A DNA stretch of 64,000 nt from a virus (lineage: Duplodnaviria > Heunggongvirae > Uroviricota > Caudoviricetes), in the IMG/VR virus record IMGVR_UViG_3300032167_007519; one strand, given 5' to 3'. Below the pieces are notes generated by a model. It saw only the letters and a list, made by a program, of their open reading frames with translations, was not told where the DNA came from and ran no database searches. Positions 19,677 through 28,919 of this stretch are shown here, one piece after another. A program made the position numbers and the translations under genes. Within the stretch, counting starts at the first letter, position 1, and every line of letters begins with the position of its first letter.

Positions 19677-20471
19677 TCACAGTTTCATATTGTGATTAGA
19701 ATTTAAATTCTGTTCTTGACTGTCAAGAAATTCTTCTGCAAGTTCAGACATAGTGGTAAATGGTCTTTCCAACAACTTAGAAGTATCTTGTTCGTCAATG
19801 TATTCTGCAATAAAACAAGCAAAATCTTCTATTTGACATCTATCAGATTCTTTATTCTGAGTAGAATTTGTCTTTTCTTTCGACTTGAGCTGTTCTGTTG
19901 CCAGTGTAAAGGCCAGCATATAAAGGTCTAAGATACCAGTATCTTTCTTTCCAAGGTCATATGCCCATTCCCACGCATCTTCATCAATTTTAGAAAGATG
20001 TTGGAAACCGCTAGTACCAATGCCATTATTTTCATAATCCCTAAGAATACAACGGATGCCTTCTTCAATTATAGATTCTTCATCATCTTCGTATCTTGTA
20101 TAACCTAAGTCATAAAACTCCGGATTATCTAACCAACGCTCTTCTATAATACGTTCTCTTAATTCCTGTTCAGCAAGGTTATAGTCATAGACATCTAGTG
20201 GACGGCTATGACAGTTAATTTTTTCTCTGAAATATCCAGTGTTTCTGGTAAAGTCCGTAAATTTTTCAAATCGCATATTATTGTAATTTGTTGCGACTAA
20301 TTCTCCCAAATCACCGGAGATATGTAATCGACAATAGTCTTCTTCAAATAAAAACCGAATACGATAATGAGAAGAATTTGGGTCTGCAAAATCTAGGATT
20401 TTAATATTGCCAAGGTCTGTTAATGTTGCGATATGATTTTTAAAATTTTGTTTTTGATGTTCAAGGTTCAT
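19677..20471 (-). CDS. Hypothetical protein (264 aa)
   Basis: Tiling ORF. Confidence 0.5.
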   Translation of the reverse strand: MNLEHQKQNFKNHIATLTDLGNIKILDFADPNSSHYRIRFLFEEDYCRLHISGDLGELVATNYNNMRFEKFTDFTRNTGYFREKINCHSRPLDVYDYNLAEQELRERIIEERWLDNPEFYDLGYTRYEDDEESIIEEGIRCILRDYENNGIGTSGFQHLSKIDEDAWEWAYDLGKKDTGILDLYMLAFTLATEQLKSKEKTNSTQNKESDRCQIEDFACFIAEYIDEQDTSKLLERPFTTMSELAEEFLDSQEQNLNSNHNMKL

Positions 20472-20492
20472 AACAAAATACCTTTTTTGAAA

Positions 20493-21008
20493 TTACATAG
20501 TGATTGCTTGAGTTTGTTCCTGTTCTTCTTGATTTTCTTGATATTGTTTTGTAAAATCTTCCAGCAAATCCGCCCAAATACCATTTGGGTTCACATAAAC
20601 AGGACAATTGGTGACTACACTGGTACTAATGGTATTATGACTACAAAAGTCCTTTAATTCTTCTACATACTCTTTAAGAATCTCTGCCTGAAGATATTGT
20701 TTCATCTCCGGAGAAATCATTGTAAGAATGTTTGGTTTTTCATTACTATAACTATGATTCCAAAGAAAATTTTTCCATTTAAAGCACTCAAATTTGGTCG
20801 CATCAAAATCGTAAGAGTAGAGATTTGTTTGATTTAAATTCACAATGTATCCAATGAGAGGACCATTTTTTGTATAAATGCGGCAAGTAATTTCGTTATA
20901 TTGTTTATACCGCATAATATTTTCCACTCTTGTAATATCTGTGAACACCTCTTTTAGTGCTTCTATAATTTCTTTATCAGAAATATTCATAAATTCTTTA
21001 CAAATCAT
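20493..21008 (-). CDS. Hypothetical protein (171 aa)
   Basis: Tiling ORF. Confidence 0.5.
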   Translation of the reverse strand: MICKEFMNISDKEIIEALKEVFTDITRVENIMRYKQYNEITCRIYTKNGPLIGYIVNLNQTNLYSYDFDATKFECFKWKNFLWNHSYSNEKPNILTMISPEMKQYLQAEILKEYVEELKDFCSHNTISTSVVTNCPVYVNPNGIWADLLEDFTKQYQENQEEQEQTQAITM

Positions 21009-21032
21009 GTGAATTAACCTCTTTTGTTGAAA

Positions 21033-21362
21033 TTACATACTCATTACCGTTTGTCGGAGATTTTGAACAGTTTCTCTTTCTAAATCTTCTTTTAATTGCT
21101 CTATCATTCTGAGGTCTTCGATATAAGCGAGCTCTTTATGATAGGCGCTTCCGGTTAAATGTTTTGTGTCTCCACTTAATTTTTGGGAAATTATCTGGCA
21201 TACTTCTTTGAGAATTTCTGATTGAGCTTTTTGTTTTATTGATTCTTCTGAAATAGCAATTTCTTTTAATTCCCGTTCAATGTTTACAGCTTTACGTCCT
21301 TCGACACAGGCCTCATTAAACAGAATATCCCAAAATCTTTCGTCATTAGTGTCAATTAACAT
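21033..21362 (-). CDS. Hypothetical protein (109 aa)
   Basis: Tiling ORF. Confidence 0.5.
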   Translation of the reverse strand: MLIDTNDERFWDILFNEACVEGRKAVNIERELKEIAISEESIKQKAQSEILKEVCQIISQKLSGDTKHLTGSAYHKELAYIEDLRMIEQLKEDLERETVQNLRQTVMSM

Positions 21363-21376
21363 AAGAAATTTCCTTT

Positions 21377-21622
21377 TTATCTTGTAAATACTGGTTTGAT
21401 TGTCTCTTCTACTTCATCTTCATCAACGATTTCATATGACAAAATATGCCCCTGTTGTCTGTCGCTCTCCATATTTGAAAGTTCAAACTCGTCAAACTCT
21501 TCTTGAGACATTTTGATAAAAGAATTTTTCTTTAACGCAACTTTTGTATCATATATTTGAGTTTTATTTGGTTCTGAAAAATGTACATACTTTATTTTCA
21601 TATTATTTGTTCTCCAAATCAA
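21377..21622 (-). CDS. Hypothetical protein (81 aa)
   Basis: Tiling ORF. Confidence 0.45.
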   Translation of the reverse strand: MIWRTNNMKIKYVHFSEPNKTQIYDTKVALKKNSFIKMSQEEFDEFELSNMESDRQQGHILSYEIVDEDEVEETIKPVFTR

Positions 21623-21685
21623 ATAAGATTAGATATAGATAATATTCTTTTTGATTTTTAAAAGGCTTCTTTTTTTTTATTGAAA

Positions 21686-22309
21686 TCACATTCGCATTTG
21701 AGGAGTGGTTACAACCTCTTCTACCTCGTCTTCATCTAATAACTGAAGACTGCCTTCATAATCTCCAGCTTTATCTAACGCTTCTTCCGGAGAAGAGGCC
21801 TTGACTGTTACTGTAGACTGGTAATAACGTTTTACAATGTATTCTTTTTCTTCCAAAAGAGATTGATTGCGTTCATCAAGAGGACGCTTAATCTCTTCAA
21901 AAGAAAGTGATTTGTGCTCAGGAAAAATTATATAATTATTTTCCCGAATGCATCTGGCAATAATTTCAGTTTCGAATGCTGCAAATGTTTCTCCGTCAGC
22001 AAACTTAATCATCCACATAGGATAGTTTACTATCTCAGAATCAAAACTTTCATTTCTATATTGTAATGATGAATATAGTGTTGACGGAATTTTAACTCTT
22101 TCAAGTAGTTGATATGGTTGACCATGATATTTATCTGCTCTTCCATGAACACTATAATAAATGGGACAGAAATCATCCTCAGCTTCGTAACAATCATACA
22201 TGTCGTTTATAAAATGAATCTCTTCGAGGGGAGTCATATCTTTTCGAAATTTATCTGGAGTAATTTTCTGCCACATTTGTCTTGCTTTTTCATTCATAAA
22301 TTTAGGCAC
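21686..22309 (-). CDS. Hypothetical protein (207 aa)
   Basis: Tiling ORF. Confidence 0.5.
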   Translation of the reverse strand: MPKFMNEKARQMWQKITPDKFRKDMTPLEEIHFINDMYDCYEAEDDFCPIYYSVHGRADKYHGQPYQLLERVKIPSTLYSSLQYRNESFDSEIVNYPMWMIKFADGETFAAFETEIIARCIRENNYIIFPEHKSLSFEEIKRPLDERNQSLLEEKEYIVKRYYQSTVTVKASSPEEALDKAGDYEGSLQLLDEDEVEEVVTTPQMRM

Positions 22310-22339
22310 CTTTTTTTATTGAAGTTTCTTATTTTTAAA

Positions 22340-22741
22340 CTATCTTGTAATTGCTGGTGAAGGCTGAAGTAACTGCTCGATTCGTCTTTTGGCTGCATCT
22401 TCCGAATAAAAGATACGTGTTCCAATGTCAGAAGGATAAATATTTGTACTATCAATACACCAAAGAGGAACGTCATCTTCAAAACTTAATAGAGTGATTT
22501 CTTTGCAATGAAGCTCTATAATTTCCGGAGACTCTCTATCGTCTAAAAAGTCAGAAATATCATAAAGTGTATCTCCAATTTTACATGGAGGTTGAAAATA
22601 ATATTTCGTTAAGGGCAAATATCTTTGAACAATTTTTTTTGCATCTTTTAACCAAATTTTATCATGTCCACCAGTACCGCTTGGACAATGGTTAGCAGCT
22701 TCTTGTAAATCCGTTACTATAGAATTGAATATATTTTTCAT
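22340..22741 (-). CDS. Hypothetical protein (133 aa)
   Basis: Tiling ORF. Confidence 0.5.
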   Translation of the reverse strand: MKNIFNSIVTDLQEAANHCPSGTGGHDKIWLKDAKKIVQRYLPLTKYYFQPPCKIGDTLYDISDFLDDRESPEIIELHCKEITLLSFEDDVPLWCIDSTNIYPSDIGTRIFYSEDAAKRRIEQLLQPSPAITR

Positions 22742-22774
22742 ATTTATTCTCCTGTTTTTTCTTGTGATTACTAT

Positions 22775-23074
22775 TTATATTTTAGGAGTGGGAGTAATTG
22801 TCACAGGGGCATACTCCTCTTCCGGCATAATTGGAGAAATCTCAATTACGGGAGATATTGTAGGGATTATTTCTATCGTAGGCGTTGGTCTACTGGTAGG
22901 TGAAGGTTCTGGAGTCGATGTGGCAGAATAAAGCAAATCACCATTCTCTATAGTCAAGACATTTTTTGTCTCATCTATTTTGGGAAGTGTTTTTTGTTTG
23001 TCAAAGAAAATAACAGCAATGACTAGTATTAAAAAAACTATTCCTAAGCTTCTTAAAACTCTTTTCTTAGTCAT
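22775..23074 (-). CDS. Small membrane-anchored Pro/Thr-rich protein (99 aa)
   Basis: N-terminal hydrophobic helix LGIVFLILVIAVIFF, then a PT-rich tract. Confidence 0.5.
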   Translation of the reverse strand: MTKKRVLRSLGIVFLILVIAVIFFDKQKTLPKIDETKNVLTIENGDLLYSATSTPEPSPTSRPTPTIEIIPTISPVIEISPIMPEEEYAPVTITPTPKI

Positions 23075-23097
23075 AGAACCTCCTTATCCTTTTCTAT

Positions 23098-24402
23098 TTA
23101 TAATTGAAGATACCAAGGATTTTCTTTATCATCATCTTCATCATTTTCTTCGTTGTCTTCCTTCCATGGGAAATATTCAGCTCTTTCTTTGTTTTTCTGC
23201 CATTCTTCATAACGATGTAGCCAATCGGACATATTCGCTTCATCTGCTAATTTTCCATAGTCTTTGATATGTTTTTCTTCCAGCTCTTTACGAATCTGTT
23301 TCGATTCTTGAGCAGAAATATGAGCTGCTAAATAAGAGGAAACACGGATACCATGTTTCATTCCTTGACGAATCTGTTTCATTTTGTCAGCGGGTATGGA
23401 AGAACAAGCATATGTAGCAACATCAATTAAAACTCCGTCAAATGGAATTTCCATTTCTGTTGCCATATCTGCAATTTCTCTTACTTTTTGATTATGTTCT
23501 AATCCAAGATAAATTTGTTTCATTTGCTCTTCTGAAAATTCTAATCCATTATAGAGAGTAACATCGAATCCACGAGCAATTCCGTCAAAAATAATTTCCA
23601 TTTGCTCTGCAGAAAAATCAGGATGGTTATATAGCAGGACATTATAACCTTTTTCTAATCCGATTCGAATCCAAGTCATTTGTTCTACATCATAACAAGG
23701 TTTCGCATAGAGTAGAACATCTACGCCTCTTTCTAAACCAAAAATTATTTGACGCATCTCTTGATTATTAAATACCGGATTCGCAACAATAGAAATATCA
23801 AGACCTTTTTCTAAAGCAGACAATAATGTATGAATCTGTTTTGTATTAAAATCAGGATTTAATAACCACGAAATGTCTAATCCCTGAGCTAAAGCAGAGT
23901 GGAATAGTCTCATACTTTCTACCGGATAAATTGGGTTTGTATAAGCAGAAACATCAAATCCTGACAATTTGCTTGTAATTAACGCATTCATTTGTGCCGG
24001 AGTAAATTCAAAATTAGCAAACGGAGTTACGTCAATACCTAAACGAATACCTCTAACCAATTCCAGAAGTTGCTTATTATTAAGGCGAGAATCTAAAAGA
24101 GGGGTAATGTCTAAGCCTTCTTCTAGTGCTTCACGGAATAATTCCATTTTAGAAGAAGAAAATTGTGGATTTTCTATCAGAGAAACATCTACTCCATGTT
24201 CTTTTGCTAAATCTAACTGCTTTAATTGTTCTGCGTTATAAATAGTTTCTAATTGTTCTTTTCTAGTTTTTAATTGAAATTCAATTTCTTCTGCCAGAAT
24301 CTCTTTATTTAACTCATCTAAAGCAGGTAAATTATTTCTTACTAAAAAATCATTAAAAACTTCGATTATATTTGAGGTGTTGGAAAGTTGAGAATAAGTC
24401 AT
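23098..24402 (-). CDS. Tandem ~36-aa repeat protein, paralog 2, with about ten repeats
   Basis: Repeats include GLDITPLLDSRLNNKQLLELVRGIRL, GLDISWLLNPDFNTKQIHTLLSALEK and GVDVLLYAKPCYDVEQMTWIRIGLEK. Confidence 0.6.
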   Translation of the reverse strand: MTYSQLSNTSNIIEVFNDFLVRNNLPALDELNKEILAEEIEFQLKTRKEQLETIYNAEQLKQLDLAKEHGVDVSLIENPQFSSSKMELFREALEEGLDITPLLDSRLNNKQLLELVRGIRLGIDVTPFANFEFTPAQMNALITSKLSGFDVSAYTNPIYPVESMRLFHSALAQGLDISWLLNPDFNTKQIHTLLSALEKGLDISIVANPVFNNQEMRQIIFGLERGVDVLLYAKPCYDVEQMTWIRIGLEKGYNVLLYNHPDFSAEQMEIIFDGIARGFDVTLYNGLEFSEEQMKQIYLGLEHNQKVREIADMATEMEIPFDGVLIDVATYACSSIPADKMKQIRQGMKHGIRVSSYLAAHISAQESKQIRKELEEKHIKDYGKLADEANMSDWLHRYEEWQKNKERAEYFPWKEDNEENDEDDDKENPWYLQL

Positions 24403-24482
24403 ATTTTGCCTCAGTTATTTTGAAAATACATTACTGGTTGATATAATCAAGAGCTTCTTACTTTGTCATAATTATCTACTTT

Positions 24483-24791
24483 TTAATAAAATCCTCGTAC
24501 CATTCCGCCAAACAACGTATTAAACTTTTCTCTTACCTCTGCAGAATGTTTTTCAGTTTCTAATAAGGTTCTCATTTCATCTTCCGGCATGTCCATGTAT
24601 TCTAAAAGACGATTTATCCATTCTTGTTGTTCTTCTATTTGACGTTTTAGTTCACGATTTTCTTCTTTTAAAAGATAACTTTCTCTCTTCGCTGCAAGAG
24701 TTTCAGACTCTTTTTCTCTTATTGCCTGTCGGAACTTAGCTCGCTCTTTTTCAAAGGCAATATCTTTTGCAGATTTTTGATTTTGTGCCAT
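24483..24791 (-). CDS. Coiled-coil protein (102 aa)
   Basis: ORF with E/K/R-rich heptad-like sequence. Confidence 0.5.
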   Translation of the reverse strand: MAQNQKSAKDIAFEKERAKFRQAIREKESETLAAKRESYLLKEENRELKRQIEEQQEWINRLLEYMDMPEDEMRTLLETEKHSAEVREKFNTLFGGMVRGFY

Positions 24792-24977
24792 AGTTATCGT
24801 CCTTCCTCTGAGTTAATATCTGGATTATGTATACTTGATTCATTTTTATAAATGGATTTAATGATTTCTAACAACCCCTTTAAAACCATAGCATCCATGG
24901 CTATTACAGCTAGGCCAAGGATTAAAGCAAATAAAATAAAAACGATAATGATAATGTTGTCTCCCATGAGATAGACC

Positions 24978-25376
24978 TCAACTTTCTATGAGATTTGGGT
25001 TGTCAAATTTATTTCCAAGTAATTTGATGCTTACTATTTCATATCTTAAATCACAGCCATCACAGTCATATTCCCATGACCAAGGAGTAATGCCATGTGC
25101 GGCGAAAAGAATTTCTACAATATTGGTATCTTCTTCTTGACCATTAGTGTCTGTAACTTCAACAATGTCGTGTTCCCACAAAGCATTACCTTCGTCATCA
25201 GAATCGTAAACATACTTGCAAAGTGTCTCTGGGTCTATTTCATACCAGTCTGGATAGTAGTCACCACAATCTTTTTCTGCATGGCCAGTATAAATACGGT
25301 GATGTTTTTCATTGAGACATACATAATAGCCTTCTATCCATTCGTTATTATCTTTTCTTTTTGCTCTATATAACAT
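24978..25376 (-). CDS. YopX-family phage protein. Start is probably the internal Met: MLYRAKRKDNNEWIEGYYV.
   Basis: The M-x-[FY]-R-A-x(2-4)-N-x-W-[IV]-x-G-x-[YV] pattern is typical of YopX N-termini. The track ORF begins 14 codons earlier. Confidence 0.55.
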   Translation of the reverse strand: MLYRAKRKDNNEWIEGYYVCLNEKHHRIYTGHAEKDCGDYYPDWYEIDPETLCKYVYDSDDEGNALWEHDIVEVTDTNGQEEDTNIVEILFAAHGITPWSWEYDCDGCDLRYEIVSIKLLGNKFDNPNLIES

Positions 25377-25389
25377 AATAATTATCTCC

Positions 25390-26430
25390 TTATTGATTAA
25401 GATTTCCGTCAAATACAATTACAGTTCCTCGTTCTGGCAAGTTTGTATCGTCAAAAACATAATAATTTGGTTTTGCTGTATAATACTCTGTATATTCTTG
25501 TATTTGCGCATCTGTTTGCATGAAACATAAGTACGTATGTCCGGCTTTTCTAGGACTGGAATCGCAATGATACCAACCATCACCTACATTGACTAAATTC
25601 CACCAGTGATTGGAAGTACCCCCAATCCGTCTTACTTCCAGATTATCAATACCACACTCTGTTAACAATACAGCAAAGGTTGCATAAAAAGTATAACAAT
25701 CTCCTTTGTGGTCAAAGAAACCTTCGTAAGCACCTGTATAAATAGAAGTTCTGTCACCTGTAGTATTTGTATATTTAATATTTCGTCGACACCAATTCCA
25801 TAAAGAGTAACAAGCATCCCACTTTGACATATTTTCTGTAATAGTCGTCGAAATAACTTCAGTAGCCATTCGTTTTACCTTAGATGCTTTATCATCAATG
25901 GCAGTAACCGTTACTGTAATTTGAAGACTCGTTGTGTTACCAGAGCTATCTGTCGCTATATAAGTAACCGGATATACCCCCGGAGTATTTAAATCTACTT
26001 CGGAAGAATCAACAGTAAACGTAGGGGATTCATCTATATCGTCAGAAATTACAATGCCTTTTTTATAAGAAACGGTTTCTCCAACAAAAACCACTTTATC
26101 CTCTGCGCCTTCAATAATTGGTGCTAAGACATCCAAAATAGGGGTGGGTGTAGGAGTACAAGTAGGGGTTGGAGTAGCGGTTACAATTATTACTGGAGTA
26201 GGCACTGGAGTATTGGTAGGTACTGGAGTGCTAGTTATTGTAGGAATGACCACGACAGATTCTGTAATATAAGGAGAAATTTGTTGTGATATTACTTCGT
26301 TTTCTTCATTAATCAACGGAATAGACTGTGTCAAAGAATTAGAGGGAATTATGTTACAACCGCTGCAGGATAAAATAAAAAGAATTGCAAAAGTTCCTAT
26401 CTTATATAACCTAGTTCTATGTAGCATCAT
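25390..26430 (-). CDS. Secreted lipoprotein with a PT-rich linker and a transglutaminase-like cysteine protease domain
   Basis: Signal peptide with lipobox LSCSGC. TPVPTNTPVPTP linker. Core GDCYTFYATFAVLLTECG...NHWWNLVNVGDGWYHCDSSP matches the Cys-His-Asp transglutaminase-like fold. Confidence 0.6.
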   Translation of the reverse strand: MMLHRTRLYKIGTFAILFILSCSGCNIIPSNSLTQSIPLINEENEVISQQISPYITESVVVIPTITSTPVPTNTPVPTPVIIVTATPTPTCTPTPTPILDVLAPIIEGAEDKVVFVGETVSYKKGIVISDDIDESPTFTVDSSEVDLNTPGVYPVTYIATDSSGNTTSLQITVTVTAIDDKASKVKRMATEVISTTITENMSKWDACYSLWNWCRRNIKYTNTTGDRTSIYTGAYEGFFDHKGDCYTFYATFAVLLTECGIDNLEVRRIGGTSNHWWNLVNVGDGWYHCDSSPRKAGHTYLCFMQTDAQIQEYTEYYTAKPNYYVFDDTNLPERGTVIVFDGNLNQ

Positions 26431-26443
26431 GTAATTCTCCTTA

Positions 26444-27071
26444 TTAAATCGTTCTAATAATTTCTTCTACCGGAAGAATTTCATAATTCTCGTTTTCTGC
26501 ATTAAACCAACTGCTAATAAAAGAAGATTTTGCTTTCTTTTCAGAAAGATAGGTTTTAATAGCAGTATCTCCAATATCATCTATTGGCTTAAACTGATAA
26601 TGTCTTGCTAAGCCACAAAAAATTTCAGTACGATTATTTCTTACAACAATATATCTAACTCTACAGATTTCCATAAAAAAATGTTCCTTTCTGTGGGGAT
26701 ACATGTTCCAAAGACCAAAGATTGATAGCTTCTGAAACATCATTTGTTTTTTCTTTATTTTCTTTAATTATTTTTCCTTGCCAGCGGAATTTATCATTCC
26801 ATGTTGGTTTAATAACTAACAGATATTCAGCAATTGTTTCTTTATTTTGTGTATCAGAAACTAATAAGCCTAACATAAAAGACTTTTTTAATTCGGAATA
26901 ATAAAAACAACCGTATAAAGATAAAGATTCGTTAATATCCAATATGTCTTCTTGAATGGGAGGAGCAAAAATCTGATTTGAGAAATCAAAATCAATGTTT
27001 TTGCTTTGAGACACAAAAGCTTGTCCTAATTGACAAATCTGAATTTTTTCTGAAGATGGATGAAATAACAT
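26444..27071 (-). pseudogene. Two overlapping ORFs (26661..27071 and 26444..26743) joined at an A7/T7 homopolymer. This could be a frameshifted gene, a slippage site or a sequencing error.
   Basis: Removing one T from the T7 run (plus-strand A7 at 26675-26681) fuses the 127-aa N-terminal ORF to the downstream MEICRV... frame. Confidence 0.4.
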
Positions 27072-27109
27072 ATACTTTTCCTTTATCGGTTGTAAATACT
27101 AGTATTATA

Positions 27110-27364
27110 TTAGATAAAATCTTCTATTGGTTTTGTTAAAAAGCTGAGTAATGAGTCTTTTGTCAACCTTCCTAATTTTTCTGTTGTTTCATCATGATTC
27201 CAAAGCCACTCTGCTTTTTCTTCTGGTGTCATTTGATTGATTTTATCGTTAAGTGTAATTGGTGGTTCTTTTTCATACATTTTACAAACCAACTGTCGAT
27301 TTTCAACGACCTCTTGGGTTTCACAAACAGCTCTGTGAATACATTCTGGGCAGTTATTTAACAT
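27110..27364 (-). CDS. Small Cys-rich protein (84 aa)
   Basis: ORF with CPECIHRAVC motif. Confidence 0.45.
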   Translation of the reverse strand: MLNNCPECIHRAVCETQEVVENRQLVCKMYEKEPPITLNDKINQMTPEEKAEWLWNHDETTEKLGRLTKDSLLSFLTKPIEDFI

Positions 27365-27612
27365 AGTTTCTCCTCTATCATAATTTCTACTAATCTAGCA
27401 GTTAGTTCGGAAGCTTCTTCTAAAACAGACTCTCTTTGATAAATATCTTCTGGGCAGGTAATGTCATGTTGATAAAGAAAAGAAGAAATTTCTTCTATAA
27501 TCCTGTTGCTTTTTGCATAATTACAAGTGGAATAAATCTGTTTATTAGTACAGTTATGGTCCTGACAATAAATACAAGTCTTAATGTTACAACATGGCAG
27601 GTCGATTCTCAT
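27358..27612 (-). CDS. Small Cys-rich protein (84 aa)
   Basis: ORF with CCNIKTCIYCQDHNC. Confidence 0.45.
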   Translation of the reverse strand: MRIDLPCCNIKTCIYCQDHNCTNKQIYSTCNYAKSNRIIEEISSFLYQHDITCPEDIYQRESVLEEASELTARLVEIMIEEKLC

Positions 27613-28156
27613 AATTAGTTTTTTCTTCCTCTTCTTTTTCTATTTGATAAGCATCATTGATGTGTTGACGCCATGCAGTTACTTCTACTCGTAGTGCCTC
27701 TCCGTCTAAAGACCAGTACCAACGGTCATGGTCATGATAGGCAAGATGACCAGTTTCCGGAGCTTCTGTACTATAGTTAAGAAATGTAATTTCAACATCT
27801 TTAAAGTCTTTTGGATAAGTTCCAGAGCTACAAGGTATCCATGGTCGTGAATTTTCTGCTTGAAATACTTTAGACTCTTTCGTCCATTCATCAATCACTC
27901 GGACTTTTTTGATAGAGTTGAAATAATCACTTGGAACTTCACAATCCAGACTATCCGAATGCACAGTTTCGATTACAGTAGAACTACCTCTGGTAGCATT
28001 CTCATACATATGAAGTAACACAGTATAATAATCTTCTGAGATATGTAACAACTGAATTAACTTTTCTTTACTCATATTTTTTAATACAGAGTCCTTTGGG
28101 AGTTTCTTTCCAATAACTCCGTTTGTTGCGCCTGCCGTATCAATAATCATTAGCAA
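27587..28156 (-). CDS. Hypothetical protein (189 aa)
   Basis: Tiling ORF. Confidence 0.5.
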   Translation of the reverse strand: MLMIIDTAGATNGVIGKKLPKDSVLKNMSKEKLIQLLHISEDYYTVLLHMYENATRGSSTVIETVHSDSLDCEVPSDYFNSIKKVRVIDEWTKESKVFQAENSRPWIPCSSGTYPKDFKDVEITFLNYSTEAPETGHLAYHDHDRWYWSLDGEALRVEVTAWRQHINDAYQIEKEEEEKTNYENRPAML

Positions 28157-28168
28157 TGTCCTTTCTGG

Positions 28169-28372
28169 TTATAAAGTTCTATTCTTTCTTCTTGATTCTT
28201 CTCGCAAATGAGTCAACATACTTCTTAATTCACTTTGATTATCCCAATATAATTCTTCAGTTAGATAAGTTTGGTGACAAGAAACACATTGTCGTTTGCG
28301 AATTCCAGAGGTTTTAGAAGAGGCACATTCTATCACTTTAGTTTGTGGATGATTACAATAAATACAATTCAT
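28169..28372 (-). CDS. NrdR-like zinc-ribbon protein (67 aa, no ATP-cone)
   Basis: MNCIYCNHPQTKVIECASSKTSGIRKRQCVSCHQTY parallels the NrdR N-terminus M.CP.C....V.DSR.......RRR.C..C..F. Confidence 0.55.
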   Translation of the reverse strand: MNCIYCNHPQTKVIECASSKTSGIRKRQCVSCHQTYLTEELYWDNQSELRSMLTHLREESRRKNRTL

Positions 28373-28388
28373 AATTATCTCATTTCTA

Positions 28389-28793
28389 TCAATTTAAATT
28401 CGTCAATAAGGACTGAATATCAAAATGTCTGCCTGTCTTAGAAAGCTTGTCGACAGACTCTCTAAGAGACATTCCAGAATGTAACAGGATTTCTGCAGTA
28501 TTGTCTTCATAAAGAAATGTGATAATTCCTTTTTTACCCCGTACAAGAATTTCGTCATTGACTTCTAAACTAATTCTGGCATCATATGCCTGTGTTTTTT
28601 CTAAAACTTCTTCCGGAGAACAAGATTTTAATACTTCAAAACTTGTTTTATCTCCAAACATTGCATTTATTTCTTCATGAAGATATCCACCATCCAAAGG
28701 AGATAATACCAATCTTTTTGCTAAAGTCCATGCTTCAGCTCTTCCTTCAATTAAACCATCTTCATATGTTTTGTTTTCATTATCATCCACCAT
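28389..28793 (-). CDS. Hypothetical protein (134 aa), first gene after the promoter motif at 28849
   Basis: ORF with a promoter motif 56 nt upstream. Confidence 0.5.
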   Translation of the reverse strand: MVDDNENKTYEDGLIEGRAEAWTLAKRLVLSPLDGGYLHEEINAMFGDKTSFEVLKSCSPEEVLEKTQAYDARISLEVNDEILVRGKKGIITFLYEDNTAEILLHSGMSLRESVDKLSKTGRHFDIQSLLTNLN

Positions 28794-28848
28794 AGGGATA
28801 CCTCCATATCAATCTATACATCGTAATCATAAAAAATATACTCTACAA

Positions 28849-28872
28849 GTATTAGCTATAAATTGGTTTAAG
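28849..28872 (-). promoter_or_regulatory. Motif copy 5. Heads the ~23.5-kb gene block 28793-5305.
   Basis: gtattagctataaattggtttaag + ttgtcgg. Confidence 0.6.
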
Positions 28873-28879
28873 TTGTCGG

Positions 28880-28914
28880 CATAAAAATAGCCTTAGTCTT
28901 ACGACTAAAGCTAT
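28880..28914 (-). terminator. Intrinsic terminator (minus strand) after guanylate-kinase-like gene
   Basis: ATAGCCTTAGTC-TTAC-GACTAAAGCTAT, then UUUUUAU on the minus strand. Confidence 0.55.
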
Positions 28915-28919
28915 TCGTT

